A stretch of DNA of 64,000 bases from an uncultured Verrucomicrobiae bacterium (GCA_963769025.1 CAVYKI010000003.1:1280001-1344000), one strand, 5' to 3'; shown: positions 30,161-41,693, counted from the stretch's first letter. Numbers and translations: made by a program. Notes: generated from the sequence alone by a model not told the origin.

Positions 30161-31546
30161 TCATGCATCGGTGAAAGGCCCGGCGCCTTGCGCAGAAAGC
30201 TTCTCGCGCACCGTCACGCCATCGAGCGTGGCGACCTCCGTCTTCGCCTTCAGCGCCATCGCCGACGCAACACCCGCAGCCTCTCCCATCGCCATCGCCG
30301 TCACCGTCACCCGCGTGGAGGCATGCGCGCCGCGCGTGGCGGAATGGCAGCGGCCCGCGACGAGGAGGTTCCCGATTTCCTGCGGCACGAGCGAGCGGAA
30401 CGGAATGTCGTAAGGCTCCGGCTGCACCTTCTTCGGATCGAAGTCATTCGCGCTGCCGACAACGGTCTTGTTCGGATGCAGATCGAGATACCAGCAGCCT
30501 GTCGCAATGGCGTCGTCGAAGCGGCGGCCTTTCATCAAGTCGTCCTCGCCCAGCACATGCTGCCCGATGATCCGGCGCGACTCGCGCACGCCGATCCACG
30601 GATACGCCTCGAGGAAATACGAATCCGCAAACGCCGGCACATCCCTCTTCCACGCGCGGAACATCGCGTGCGCATCCGCGCGGCCCTGCATCTCCGCGCG
30701 CGTCAGGTCGGAAGCGTTCGTCGGATCCGCCGGCACGCGCACGCCATGCACATAGATCTCGTTTTTCCCGTACAGGAACATCACGCCCGGCCCGTAGTAG
30801 AACGGCAGCTCGCCGCGCTTCTGCGCCTCCGCGAGCGACGCACGGCACAGCGGACTGATGCCCGCTTCATTCCGCACGTTGCCGATGCGGAAGTGCAGCG
30901 TGAGCGGCTGCACCTCGGCATTCTGCTCAAACGGCGCGCCCGCCCACGCGGCGACATCCGCATCGCCGGTGCAATCAATCACCGTCTTTGGCCGCACCGT
31001 CACGAGCCCGTCCTTGTTCGCCACCGTCACCGACTTGATGCGCCCGCCGTCGCTCTGCACGTCGCATACGAACGAATTGAACAGCACGGTGAGGTCGCGC
31101 TTGTGCTCCTGAAAAAGCCGATCGAGCAGCAGCTTGAACTCAAAAGTGTTCGCAATCGTCGGATTGTGCTTCGCCACCGACTTCGCGTCCGGCGCGCACA
31201 CGCCGGACTTCGACAGCAGTTCCAGCGCGATGCCGCGCACCACGACGCGCTTCGTCGTGATGTGGGCGATGCCGTCGAAATACGGCAGCCCCACGCTCGT
31301 GATGATGCCGCCCGCAAACGGCGCCTTCTCCACCAGCAGCACCTTCGCCCCCGCCCGCGCCGCCGCGAGCGCCGCCGCAGTCCCCGCGCAGCCCGCGCCG
31401 CACACCAGCACATCGGTCTCGATGGTGCGTGAAGACTTTGCCTTCAACTGCTCCGCACCACGCGCGGGTTGAATCGCGCTCGCAGCCGCGGCGGCGGCGG
31501 AGGCTTGGATGAAATGGCGGCGCGTTTGTGGTGCGGTGGATTTCAT
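30161..31546 (-). CDS. Tat-exported FAD-dependent oxidoreductase (PF12831-like)
   Basis: TRRHFI Tat motif; DVLVCGAGCAG, IDCTGDADVA, GVRESRRIIG, YDIPFRSLVP, NLLVAGRC. Confidence 0.88.
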   Translation of the reverse strand: MKSTAPQTRRHFIQASAAAAAASAIQPARGAEQLKAKSSRTIETDVLVCGAGCAGTAAALAAARAGAKVLLVEKAPFAGGIITSVGLPYFDGIAHITTKRVVVRGIALELLSKSGVCAPDAKSVAKHNPTIANTFEFKLLLDRLFQEHKRDLTVLFNSFVCDVQSDGGRIKSVTVANKDGLVTVRPKTVIDCTGDADVAAWAGAPFEQNAEVQPLTLHFRIGNVRNEAGISPLCRASLAEAQKRGELPFYYGPGVMFLYGKNEIYVHGVRVPADPTNASDLTRAEMQGRADAHAMFRAWKRDVPAFADSYFLEAYPWIGVRESRRIIGQHVLGEDDLMKGRRFDDAIATGCWYLDLHPNKTVVGSANDFDPKKVQPEPYDIPFRSLVPQEIGNLLVAGRCHSATRGAHASTRVTVTAMAMGEAAGVASAMALKAKTEVATLDGVTVREKLSAQGAGPFTDA

Positions 31547-31574
31547 GGCGACGTGATTTGGAAAAAATTGCAGA

Positions 31575-32471
31575 TCACTTCAGGTGATTGCGGAGAAACT
31601 TCTCCACAACCGAGAGGCGTTCCGCGTCAAAGAACTCCTTCCCGCCATGGACGCTGCCGGGCATGGCCACAAATTCCACCGGCCGTCCGGCCTTCCGGTA
31701 AGCGACCTCCAGTTCGCGCGACTGTTCGATGGGCATCTGCGGATCGGCATCTCCGTGGATGAGCAGCAACGGCGGGACTTTCGCACCCACATGCGCGACG
31801 GGGCTCGCGAGTCTCGCGAGCGCGGCCTTTTCGTCGGGTTGTCCGCCGAGGAGGAGTTGCAGGGCCGGCACGCGAACGATCAGGCCGTGCGGCGTGGATT
31901 GGCTCAGGATCGTCTGCAGGTTTGATGCACCGAAGAGGCTCACGATCGCCTGCACGTCGGAACTTTGATCGAGGTGCGCGCCGAGTCCGCCTTCGAGTTC
32001 CGCATTGCCATTCGAGGTGCCCGTGAGCGCCGCGAGATGCCCGCCGGCCGAACTTCCGGCGACGGCGAAGCGCCTTGGATCGAACCCGTACTCCGCCGAA
32101 TGCGCGCGCAGGAAACGGATGGCCGCCTTGATGTCGTGCATCTGCGCGGGCATCGGCGCGACCGTCGAGAGCCGGTAGTCCACGCTCGCCACCGCAAAAC
32201 CCTGCGCGATGAGTCCGCCGAGCGGCATGTCCAGCTTCGACCCCGCGCGCCATGCTCCGCCATGGACCCAGATGATGAGCGGATGCGGTCCCGGAGTCCG
32301 AGGCAGGTAAATGTCGAGACGCTGCTGTTCATGCCCGCGTTCAACATATGCGATGTCCTTCGGCGCCCGGGACGCTTCCTCGGCAGGACTGATGCACGGA
32401 AACAATGCGACGGCGGCCATCGTGGAGAGCGATGTGCGGAGAAACGTGCGGAGAAACGTGCGGAGGTTCAT
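31575..32471 (-). CDS. Secreted alpha/beta-hydrolase (lipase/esterase)
   Basis: WVHGGAW, VDYRLS, GSSAGGHLA, IHGDAD, HGG. Confidence 0.88.
   Translation of the reverse strand: MNLRTFLRTFLRTSLSTMAAVALFPCISPAEEASRAPKDIAYVERGHEQQRLDIYLPRTPGPHPLIIWVHGGAWRAGSKLDMPLGGLIAQGFAVASVDYRLSTVAPMPAQMHDIKAAIRFLRAHSAEYGFDPRRFAVAGSSAGGHLAALTGTSNGNAELEGGLGAHLDQSSDVQAIVSLFGASNLQTILSQSTPHGLIVRVPALQLLLGGQPDEKAALARLASPVAHVGAKVPPLLLIHGDADPQMPIEQSRELEVAYRKAGRPVEFVAMPGSVHGGKEFFDAERLSVVEKFLRNHLK
32434..32465. repeat. 12-bp tandem repeat (2.7 copies) in the signal-peptide region
   Basis: gtgcggagaaac x2 + gtgcggag; encodes LRTF-LRTF-LRT on the minus strand. Confidence 0.8.
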
Positions 32472-32566
32472 TTGAAATGGGAATTGCTTTAACACGATTC
32501 CGGCAGGTGGTCCTGTGGGAGCGGTCCCATCGCAGGAGTCGCCGCCGCGCAACAAACCAGAAACAT

Positions 32567-34555
32567 TCATTCCGCCACGGGCGCGAGCGGGATCTTTTCG
32601 AATCGTACGAATTCATTCAACGCTGCCACGGCATCCGCACGCGTCGCTGGCTTGCGTGCACGGAGGACCTCGCGCGCAGATGCGGGCGCCCTGCCAATCA
32701 CGCCGTCCCACTCGCCATCGGTGAGCAACTTTTCCGGCTGAAAGAAGACGCTGTCGGCATCCGCGCTCCAGATTCCGGCCACCGTGAAAAGGTTCGCGGC
32801 CTCGAATGCCGGATGCCCCGGCGGCAAATCGTGGTACGGCCACAGCAGCACGCCCGGGCCGCCGCTTCCTTGAACGAGGTTGCGCTGGATCTCGCGCACC
32901 CGCCGGGCATCAGCCGCAATCGCGCGCGGCTCGATGGAATCGCGCAGGCACAGCGCCGCGAGTGTGGCACACGCCTGTCCGGCGAGCATCATCTGCCCGT
33001 GCAACCGCAGCGCCGATTGCACGACGCTGCTGACACCGATGTTTTTCCCCGCACCGAGCAGCCCGTCCATTTCCACCGGAATGAGGCCGCGCAGCGGGAA
33101 CATCGCGCGGTCCGTGTCCGTGTGCCAGCCGCGCTCCGGTGTGTGGATGTATTGCCAGGGGCCGTTGCAATCCGCGGTGAGGAATTTCCGGCGCGTGGGG
33201 TGGAAATCGATGTTGAACTGGAATCCGAACACGGCGTCACCCGGCATGCGCTTCGCCCACTTCGGCTCACGCGTGGCGGCGCGGATGTCGCGCTCGGTGA
33301 GCATCGTGAGCGCTTCGAGCCGCAGGCCTTCGCGGATGTAGGGCTTCGGCGGCAGCTTGTCAGCCGTGCCGAATTCATCCGTCAGCGCCATGTAGCGGAA
33401 CGACTGAGGGAAGTCGCCGACACGGTCATGCACCTTCGTCTGCAAGTGATACAGCATCCCGAGCGCGTGCTGTTTCACGTCGTCGAAAATGATGCGCCTC
33501 TGCGCGGATGAGAGCGTCGCGATGTTCCTGCGCGAAGCACCCGGCTCCGATTTTTCCAGCGCATCCACGACGCGCTGCGGGAGCTGGCAGAGCGGGTAGT
33601 CCTGCACGGGCCAGTTGAGGAATGTCGCCTCGGTGCCCGGTGCGAAGCCATTGTGCCAGCGGTCCACAAGCCGACGGTGGGTGTAGATGCTCCAGCCGCT
33701 TTGCGAGTAAATGCCCGCGCTCATGTCGCTGTCCACCCACGGCGGCGTCTTGTCGAGCGCGGCGAAACTGCGCGGGTCGTAGCTCGCGGGCTTTGGAATC
33801 GTCGAGTCCTTCCCCGCTTCGCGAAGCACGATGCACCACGAAAGCGGATTCATTTCCTGTGCTCCCGCGTCGTCGAACTTTTCCGGCGCGCTCGGCTCGT
33901 CGAATCGCGATCGCAAGTCCGGCCCCGCGCCATATCTTGCGCCGCTCAGCCGGATGACGTCGCCCCAGTCGCTCGCATCCACCGTCAGCCGCGCCTTCAC
34001 CGTGAGCTTCGCGCCACGCCGCCCAAACTCCACCGCGGCCACGCGCTCTCCCTCGATGTTCACCTTCACCGGCTCCCACCCGCGCTCGATGCGCAGCGCG
34101 CCGCCCGTCACGTGCGGCTTCAGCAGCTCCTCGAAAATCTGCGCCGCCGCCGCGGGCTCGATTGTCTCCGTGCCGCAATACGCATTGCCCGGCGACGCCT
34201 TGCCATACTTCGCCGTGTTGTGCGCGTGGATGCGCCCGATCATTTCGAGGAAAAGCCCGCTGCGCGGAAACCCCGTGCGCTTGCCCATCACCGTCGTCCA
34301 CTCATCGAGACAGCCCACGCCCTCCGCGCTGAACTGCCCGCCGAGCCACTCGATGTCGTTCACGAGCACGATGCGCTTCACCCCGAGCCGAGCCGCCTGC
34401 ACGGCCGCAGCGCACGCCGATTCATTTCCGCCGACGATGAGCAGATCGGCTTCGAGCACATCCGCAGCCGCGGCAAACAGCGATGCGCACCACAGCGCCA
34501 CGGTGCCGAGTGCCGTCCGCACGAACCGCGCCCGGACGCACAGCGCGAAACTCAT
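32567..34555 (-). CDS. Secreted FAD-dependent oxidoreductase (PF12831-like) with C-terminal extension
   Basis: DLLIVGGNESACAAA, WLGGQFSAEG, VDASDWGD, PYIREGLRL, GAGKNIGVS, ALRLHGQMMLAGQA. Confidence 0.85.
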   Translation of the reverse strand: MSFALCVRARFVRTALGTVALWCASLFAAAADVLEADLLIVGGNESACAAAVQAARLGVKRIVLVNDIEWLGGQFSAEGVGCLDEWTTVMGKRTGFPRSGLFLEMIGRIHAHNTAKYGKASPGNAYCGTETIEPAAAAQIFEELLKPHVTGGALRIERGWEPVKVNIEGERVAAVEFGRRGAKLTVKARLTVDASDWGDVIRLSGARYGAGPDLRSRFDEPSAPEKFDDAGAQEMNPLSWCIVLREAGKDSTIPKPASYDPRSFAALDKTPPWVDSDMSAGIYSQSGWSIYTHRRLVDRWHNGFAPGTEATFLNWPVQDYPLCQLPQRVVDALEKSEPGASRRNIATLSSAQRRIIFDDVKQHALGMLYHLQTKVHDRVGDFPQSFRYMALTDEFGTADKLPPKPYIREGLRLEALTMLTERDIRAATREPKWAKRMPGDAVFGFQFNIDFHPTRRKFLTADCNGPWQYIHTPERGWHTDTDRAMFPLRGLIPVEMDGLLGAGKNIGVSSVVQSALRLHGQMMLAGQACATLAALCLRDSIEPRAIAADARRVREIQRNLVQGSGGPGVLLWPYHDLPPGHPAFEAANLFTVAGIWSADADSVFFQPEKLLTDGEWDGVIGRAPASAREVLRARKPATRADAVAALNEFVRFEKIPLAPVAE

Positions 34556-34704
34556 TTCGCAGGGGTGGCCGCCGGCGTGAGCTTGCACGACTGCCACGCG
34601 AGGAAACGCCACTGCCCGCTTTCCTCGCGCCACACGCTGAGAAAGCTCAGCAGCATGTCGGCTTCGCCATTCGCGTGCGACCTTCACATGCGCACGACCC
34701 CTCA

Positions 34705-35020
34705 TCAGTGCAATGTGGGGCGAGGGAAAGGAGAAGGAACGATCCTCGTATTCCAGGCGACAGATAGCGCGTCCTGCCCGATGTCAGCGCATCGATGAAC
34801 GAACGCTTCGTGTCCACCGCACCACTCGAATGCGCGTAGCGGAGTTCCTCGGAAAAGATCGCGCGCCAGTTTTTCCCGATCGGCGGACTTCATCGCTGCG
34901 ATCCTTTCGAAATCCACAGTTGTGAGCGATGTAGTGCGCGGGTCCTCGCGCACCTGCGCGCAACACGAATGCGAGCACGATCGCCGCGAGAAGAATCACC
35001 CGCAAAAGGAGCGCGAACAT
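34705..35020 (-). CDS. Possible small hypothetical gene or gene fragment (two frames)
   Basis: ATG overlaps the DUF1552 stop; hydrophobic leader MFALLLRVILLAAIVLAFVL, then ORF 34705..34953. Confidence 0.3.
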
Positions 35021-36335
35021 TAGCTCAGGCTGAGTGCGCCGCCCTCACACAGCTCGACCTTCCCGAAGGTCGTCAGCCCGGTATGACCCATCGCGTGTGC
35101 GATCGTGATCCAAAGCCGGTTGTGCGCCACTTTGTCGACCGTGAGGGAACGGCCCATTCTTAAGCCCGGCGCGCCGCCGACGAGCACGAGCGGGATGTCA
35201 TCGAGGGTGTGTGAGTTTCCTTTGCCGAGTTCGTTCGTCCAGACGATGAGCGTGTTATCGAGCATGGACCCTTCGCCCGCCGGCTCGGGAGTCTCGGAGA
35301 GCCGCTTCGCGAGGTAGGCGAGTTCGCCGCAGAACCACTGGTTTATCTTCAGGAATTTCGCTTGTGCGTCCTTGTTGGAATCGGGTTCGTGCGAAAGCGA
35401 ATGGTGCCCTTCTTCCACGCCGAGCCATCGCATTTGCGCCTGCCCTACACTGCGCATGTACTGAAGCGTCGCCACGCGGGTCATGTCGTTGCTCAGCGAA
35501 TTCACGAGCAGATCGATCTGCATCCGGGAAAGCTGCGGCGTGTTGTCGTTCACGATCTCGATGCCCGGATCCAGCGGCGGCATTTTGTGGGTGAGATGCG
35601 CGTCCGCGGGCGTCTTCAGCTCTTCCTCAAGATTGCGGACCAGTGTGATGTGCTGTTCGAGCATCTGCTTGTCCCGCGCACTGAGCTTGGCTGCTACGCG
35701 TTTCAAATCCGCGCCCACGTCATCGAGGATGCTCACCATGCTGTCCTTGTCCTTCATCTGCCCGTAGAGCTTCTCAAACATCCGGTACGGATCATCAACG
35801 GGCGCGACGGGTTGGTTGCCGCCGAGATAGCTCATGCGTGTCCAAGGATCCGCGCGGTTCGGCACGGCAACGCCGAATTCCACCGAACCGAAGCGGGTCT
35901 TCGTCTCGGGTTTCTGCTGGAGAAAACTCCGGATCTCCTGATCGATCGAAATGCTGCTCGCCCATCCCGCCGGATTGCCGCCGCCGCCCATGATGTTGCC
36001 GGGCAAAAGCTCGGAGCAGGTGAGCAGGCAGCTCATGCCACGCATGTGGTTGTCGCCGTCGCCGCGGACTTTGTTGCACAGCCGATGCAGCACCAGGGTG
36101 CGCTCCTTGAAGGGAGTCAGCGGCTCAAGGATGGATTTGAAAGTCAGCTCCCCCGCGTGCCTCCCGGCCAGAACTGATCCGGCAGGGTGCCATTCGGCGA
36201 GAACATGACGATCAACCTCTGCCGGCGCTGTGGAAGCGGCGCACCCGTGAGGGACGGCAAACCTGCAAGGAAAGGAAGCGCGGCTGCGGAGACACCGAGG
36301 TTGCGGAGAAATTGGCGGCGATTGAGATGCTTCAT
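35020..36335 (-). CDS. DUF1552 family Tat-exported protein (frameshift near 36165)
   Basis: LNRRQFLRNLG...LPFL, RLIVMFSPNG, SIDQ, NDMTRVATLQ, HHSLSH, SMLDNTLIVWTNELG, HTLDDIP. Confidence 0.85.
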
Positions 36336-36368
36336 GGTCAGTGTGCTGGTGCTCGGATGGACGGCAAA

Positions 36369-38757
36369 CTAGCGCGGAACCGGTGAGTTTTCCGCGACTT
36401 TCTGAGCGGGTGAAAGTGCGTGCATCGCCGCGACCGTCGCGATGTCAGCGAGCAATTTTTGAATGTGGAATCCATTTGCCTCAAAACGAGTTCGAAGCTG
36501 GTCGAGAACCTCTTCCCCAATGCAAGCGGGGATTGTTTCACCGTGTGGAAAAACAACTGGCGCACGAATGCACGTGCGCACTCTGGCTGCCCACCGTGTA
36601 GTCGGCGATGTCCTTTGGACCGGTGAGCCGGACCGTGTGGCCGTCATCGGTGTCGAACTCCGCGAGCGTGTCCACCGGTTTCTTGTTGTCGTTCGTCCGC
36701 CAGCGGCCCGATGCGTCGTAGCTTTCGAGACTGAAGCCGAACGGATTGATCATGGAGTGACAGGATGCGCAGTCGGTGCTCTTCGTGAGCTGCGCGACTT
36801 TTTCGCGCATCGTGAGCGTGGGGTCGAATTTCTGATTGTCGAACGACACGGCGACCGACGGATTCTTCAGCGAGAGGCCCACGATGTTGCGGCTGAGAAA
36901 GACGCCGCGATGAATCGGCGAGGTCTTTCTGCTGTAGGACTGCGCCGCGAGCAGGTAGGGATGCGTGATGATTCCCACGCGCTGCGTGTCGAAGCTCACG
37001 CGCTGGAATTCGTCGCCCTTCACGTCCTTGCCGTAGTATTTCGCGAGCCGTTCGTTGAGCCACAGGTGGTCCGCATTGATGAGCTGCCGGTAGTCGGACG
37101 CGTCGCTCCACACGATTTCATCGATGAACATCCAGAGCGACTCGCGCAGATCGGAGAGCATCGTTTCGTCAAATCCGGGGAACGCCTTCGCATCCTTCGC
37201 CGCGCTGTCCGCGCGTTCGAGCTCCAGCCAGTGCTGGAAAAAGTCGCGCAGTTTCGCCTTCGCGCGCGGATCGTCGACCATGCGGTGCGATGCGGCGGCG
37301 ATTTGGTCGCGGGTCTTCAGCTTGCCCTCGGCGGCGGCGCGCGCGAGCTGCTGGTCGGGGATGGAATCCCACAGCGTGAGCGCGAGTCGCGAAGCGGCGG
37401 CAAAGTCGTCCGCCCGCCCGTCATTCGACAGCTCGGGATACAGGAAACGCGGCGACTTCAGCGCGAGGAGCACGACCCGTTTCACGCCGCTCTCGGGCGA
37501 GGGCGCATTGTCGAAAAGGTGATCCACGAACGCCTGCCGCTGCTCGTCGTCGAGCGGACGGCGGAATGCGCCCTCGACGAAGCGCCTCGAAAAGTCCCGC
37601 AGCTTCGCCGCGCGATCCTGCGCGCCGACCTTCGTTCCCGCGAGGCCGTCGAGATTCGCCACGACATACGACATCACCTCGATCGCGGCGCGCGTCGTCG
37701 CCTGGTCCCATTCCTTCGAGATCGTCGTCCCGCGCTCGTAGCCGTCGCTGCGATCATCCGCGGGGAACTGCGTCGCCACGACCATCGTCGCCGCGCGGCC
37801 CTGCGGCTCCAGCATGGATTCCGGCACGATCTCCTGACGGCCGTGCGGCGGCTTCCAGTGCAGTTCCACGGACGCGCTCTTCTCCTGGAATTTGAGGTGC
37901 TCCAGCGAAATCGGATACGCCCGGCCGCCGAGCAGGAAGATGCTCTTCTTTTCCTCGCGCACCGTCGGGCCGGGCGTCACCCACGCATCGATCAGCGGCT
38001 CGCGCGGATTGTTCACATAGAGGCGGACACCATTCTCCGTCTTCACGATGAACTCATACATGCCCGTCTCCGGGGCGAAGATGGAGCCATCCCAGCGCGT
38101 GCTGAAATCATCCGGGCGCAGCCGGTAGCGGTCCGGACTCTCCGCGCCGAAATGGAATGCGATCACCTTGTCCGTCTGCTCGTAGCTCGTGCGCTCCTTC
38201 TTGTTCCGCTCGGCACGCTGCGCGTCGCCCCTCGGCTGCATGATCGGGCCGACGAGCACCGGAAATCTCCCGCTGTAACGAGCCTTCAGCCCGTGCGTCT
38301 TGCCGAACGGCCGGTCGAACCCGCCCTGGAAGCGCCCGATCAGGTCCGCGACGGAATTCTGATACTGCTCGACGGTGAGCCGCGACAGGTCTTCGCGGAT
38401 GGGATTGTTCCGCAATTGAGCGGTCGGCGAGTAGAACGCGTCGAAAATGTATGCCGCGACGTCATCCGCGTCCTTGCCGACGCACGAGCCCTCCTTGTCC
38501 TCGGGCATGGACTTCGAGATATACTTGGCGAGCGCCGGGACGTTGCGGCGCCCCACCAGCGGCTCGTCGTGCTTTCCCGCGACGCCCTCGCCCGTCTTGC
38601 CGTGGCAGCTCGCGCACATCTGGCGGTAAACCTTCGCGCCGGGATGCTCCGTTTTCGCATCTTCCGCCCATGTGCCGCCGGCTCCAAAAAGAAGAACTGC
38701 GGCAGCCGCAAACGCGGCCTTCGGGAAGGTCGTGGGAATACTACGGTTTTGATTCAT
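36369..38757 (-). CDS. Cytochrome c + PA14 + DUF1595/DUF1592/DUF1588 multidomain protein (frameshift near 36570)
   Basis: Signal peptide; CASCH...SMP c-type heme; RLTVEQYQNSVADL; FSTRWDG...YEF...NGVRLYVN (PA14); AFRRPL; SPRFLY; ASRLALTLWDSIPD; TSPIHRG; second CASCH then NPFGFSLE. Confidence 0.85.
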
Positions 38758-38828
38758 TAAATGCACGCACCGCCAACCGTGCGGCGCAGGTGATCCTTAG
38801 AGGCAAAACGCAGCTATTCCACGACGGG

Positions 38829-39797
38829 TTACGGGCCGGTTTTTTCCAGGGCGGCGACATTCGCGGAATCGTGCAGCGCCTTCATCTCCGCATCGGTCAC
38901 CGCGCGATTGAAAACCGCCAGCCCGCCGAACCGCCCGATCGTCGCCTCGCGGAGCATGGAGCCGACTGCGTAGCGCGCGCCGACGGTGAAGTCCGACCCG
39001 CCGCCCGGCTTCGTCTGTGCGTGCTTTGCCGGGTCGTAGCGGAAGATGCCGCGACCGTGAAAATACGGGTTCATTCCGCGGTCCCCTCCGTCCGGCCCCT
39101 CCTTCGTGAAATACGGATCCGTCCGCTTGTGCTTCACCGGATCGAGCTTCAGCTCATCGAGCCGGCCATTGATGTAGGCCCGGATGTATTTCGAGTCGTA
39201 GGTGAAGCCCAACGTGCACCATTTCTCCGTCGGCACCTCGCCCGCCGTCACCGCGTAGTCCGCGCACCACGGGAACGCGCTCCCGTCCGCGCGACGCGTC
39301 ACGCCGCCTTCGCTGGAAATGTGCGGCACCAGCTTGTTCGGCCCTCCGTAGGTCGGCATGTTCATCAGCATCGCATACTGTCGCGTCCCCGTGTCGTCGT
39401 TCGCCCCTTTGCCCTCGCTCCACATCCCCGCGATGGTCCGCGACTGCTGCAGATTCACGATGCGCACCACGGCGAACATCGAGACCTGCGCATCCTTGCC
39501 GCCGATGTTCAGGTCGCCCGTCTCCGCGTAGGGAATGTGGAAATACTGCTTCCCATTCAGGTCCGCCGCGAACCCCGAATACGGCCCGCCCTCCACCCGC
39601 GCAATCGGCCCGCCCACCTCCGTCAGGCCATGCTTCTCCTTCGTCCCCGATGACACACGCGCCTTCCCGGCCTCCTCGCCGAACGTCCAGAACGCCACCA
39701 GCCCCGGCATTTTCTCCACCGCCAAGACATCCCCCGGCGGCGCCGCGATGCCGGCAGCGGAGGAAAGTGCGAGGACGAGCGCGAGCAGGGATTTCAT
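38829..39797 (-). CDS. Secreted LamG-like jellyroll protein
   Basis: Signal peptide; [19 protein letters not shown]...[15 protein letters not shown]. Confidence 0.8.
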   Translation of the reverse strand: MKSLLALVLALSSAAGIAAPPGDVLAVEKMPGLVAFWTFGEEAGKARVSSGTKEKHGLTEVGGPIARVEGGPYSGFAADLNGKQYFHIPYAETGDLNIGGKDAQVSMFAVVRIVNLQQSRTIAGMWSEGKGANDDTGTRQYAMLMNMPTYGGPNKLVPHISSEGGVTRRADGSAFPWCADYAVTAGEVPTEKWCTLGFTYDSKYIRAYINGRLDELKLDPVKHKRTDPYFTKEGPDGGDRGMNPYFHGRGIFRYDPAKHAQTKPGGGSDFTVGARYAVGSMLREATIGRFGGLAVFNRAVTDAEMKALHDSANVAALEKTGP

Positions 39798-39994
39798 GGC
39801 GTGGTGAAATGACCCTCTACCCTACGTCCCCGCCGGTGTCACTTCGCCTGTCGCTTCCGCTGGCGAGAGGAAACGGAGCCGAATCATGGGAGCCCGAAAA
39901 TGGCCCGGGACTTGGGTACTGGGTTTCGGGCCGAAAAAAAATCGGGCAACGTCGCGGACGGGGCAAAAGAACCGTAGTCGCGTGCTGCTGTCGG

Positions 39995-41116
39995 CTACCT
40001 CGCCCCCGGCAGCGTGTCCGCCCCGTTCCCCTCGCGCACGGCGAGCGCGGCGAGTGTTTGCTTGAGCTTCTCCTGCTCTGCGGGATTTGCGGGCAGCGCA
40101 ACCTTTTGGAAGGCAGGCAGGAGTTTTTCCCAGACGAGATCCAGTTCGGTCTGCATCTGGCCGGTCTTCGCGGTGATGGCGATGACGGCGTCCTGTTCGG
40201 GCATCACGAGGCAGATCTGGCCGTCGCGTCCGTCGCCGCGGAAGGCGTTGTGCTGGCAGCGCCAGAACTGGTAGCCGTAGCCCTGCCGCCAGTCGGGATT
40301 CATTCCGCTGCGGCGCCTTGTCGTTGTCCACTTGCTTGGAGGTTGCGTCCTCGACCCATTTTTCGGGCAGCAGTTGTTTGCCGTTCCACTTTCCTTTTTG
40401 CAGATAGAGCTGGCCGAATTTTGCGATGTCCTCGGTGCGGAGGAAAAGGCCGTAGCCGCCGAAGTTGAAACCCTCGGCGGTCGCGCCCCACTCGGGGTTC
40501 TCGATGCCGAGCGGCTCGAACAGGCGTGGTTTGAGAAAATCGAGCACGCGTCTGGCCCGTGGCCTTCGTGACGATCGCCGAGAGCATGTAAGTGCCGGGC
40601 GTGTTGTAGCGGAACCAGGTGCCGGGTACGTGCGGGACGGGATGCGCGAGGAATTGCCTTCACGGAAGGGCCGTCCTCGATTTTGAATTTCGGCTCGGTG
40701 TCGTGCCCGCCGCTCATCGAGAGCAGGTCGCGCACGCGCATCGCCTTGAGATTTTCGGACGCATCCGCCGGAGTCTCGGACGGGAAAAATTTGAGCACGG
40801 GATCATCCACTCTCAGTTTCCCCTCCGCGGCCGCGAGCCCGACGGCGGTCGAGGTGAAGCTCTTGCTGAGCGACCACAGCACGTGCGGCTTCTCCGCCGA
40901 CTCCGGCTTCCACCAGCCCTCGGCAATCACGTGCCCGTGCCGAACGAGCATGAAGCTGTGCAGCGTGTGGATCGTTTTGTGCGCCGACTCGACGAACTCG
41001 CGGATCGCTGCGGAGGGAACGCCCTGCGCCTCCGGCGTGCTGCGCGGGAGCGGGGCGCCAGCGATGGCGTGGGCGGCGAGGAGAAAAAGAAGCGGGGCGA
41101 GGCGGGCAGGAGTCAT
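39995..41116 (-). CDS. Serine hydrolase, beta-lactamase class C-like family (several frameshifts)
   Basis: LPRSTPEAQGV, SLSKSFT (SxxK), RYNTPGTY (Yxx), LFEPLGI, GYGYQFW. Confidence 0.88.
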   Translation of the reverse strand: MTPARLAPLLFLLAAHAIAGAPLPRSTPEAQGVPSAAIREFVESAHKTIHTLHSFMLVRHGHVIAEGWWKPESAEKPHVLWSLSKSFTSTAVGLAAAEGKLRVDDPVLKFFPSETPADASENLKAMRVRDLLSMSGGHDTEPKFKIEDGPSVKAIPRASRPARTRHLVPLQHARHLHALGDRHEGHGPDACSIFSNHACSSRSASRTPSGARPPRVSTSAATAFSSAPRTSQNSASSICKKESGTANNCCPKNGSRTQPPSKWTTTRRRSGMNPDWRQGYGYQFWRCQHNAFRGDGRDGQICLVMPEQDAVIAITAKTGQMQTELDLVWEKLLPAFQKVALPANPAEQEKLKQTLAALAVREGNGADTLPGAR

Positions 41117-41225
41117 GCGCGCTTGATGGCCGCAAACTTCCCGCGTGTCGCGCGGAAACAGCGTGACGAGCCGCCGCAAATGCAAACCGCTCACATCGGA
41201 CGCCGCGTCCCGGAACACACCCCGT

Positions 41226-41693
41226 TCACGCGCCGGGTGCTTCGACCTTCACCTCGGTCTTGATCGAATTCGCGATGAAGCACTGCTCGTGGGCGGCGTG
41301 GTGGAGGCGGTCCAGATCTGCGGGCGTCGGCAGCTTTTCGCCGCTCCATGCGATGCGCGGGCGGAGCGTGATGACGCTCACCCACGGCACGCCGCGCTCG
41401 TTTTTCGACATCACGCCCACGGCCTCGTCCTCGTAGCGGTCGGCGGTGAAGCCTTCGCGCGAGGCGAGCCAGACGAATGTCAGCATGTGGCAGCTCGAAA
41501 TCGAGGCCACGAACGCCTCCTCCGGGTCCACGCCCGCGGGATTCGACCACGGCGCGGGCACGACGGATGGCGCGGGCGAGGCGGGCACGGTGACGCCGCC
41601 GTCGAACGTCCACGTGTGCTCGCGCGAGTATTTCCCTTTTGCAAAATCCGGCCCGGTGCGGGTCCAGCGGATGGTGGCGGTGTGGTTGGACAT
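41226..41693 (-). CDS. OsmC/Ohr family protein
   Basis: YSREHTW, DPEEAFVASISSCHML, AHEQCFIANS (two Cys). Confidence 0.9.
   Translation of the reverse strand: MSNHTATIRWTRTGPDFAKGKYSREHTWTFDGGVTVPASPAPSVVPAPWSNPAGVDPEEAFVASISSCHMLTFVWLASREGFTADRYEDEAVGVMSKNERGVPWVSVITLRPRIAWSGEKLPTPADLDRLHHAAHEQCFIANSIKTEVKVEAPGA

Noticed and set aside
32434..32465. 12-bp tandem repeat as a phase-variation switch
   Set aside because: Unit length is a multiple of three and copy number is low; it only lengthens the signal-peptide n-region
39995..41116. Beta-lactam resistance gene
   Set aside because: SxxK/YxN-type serine hydrolases of this family are mostly esterases or amidases; nothing here points specifically to AmpC activity
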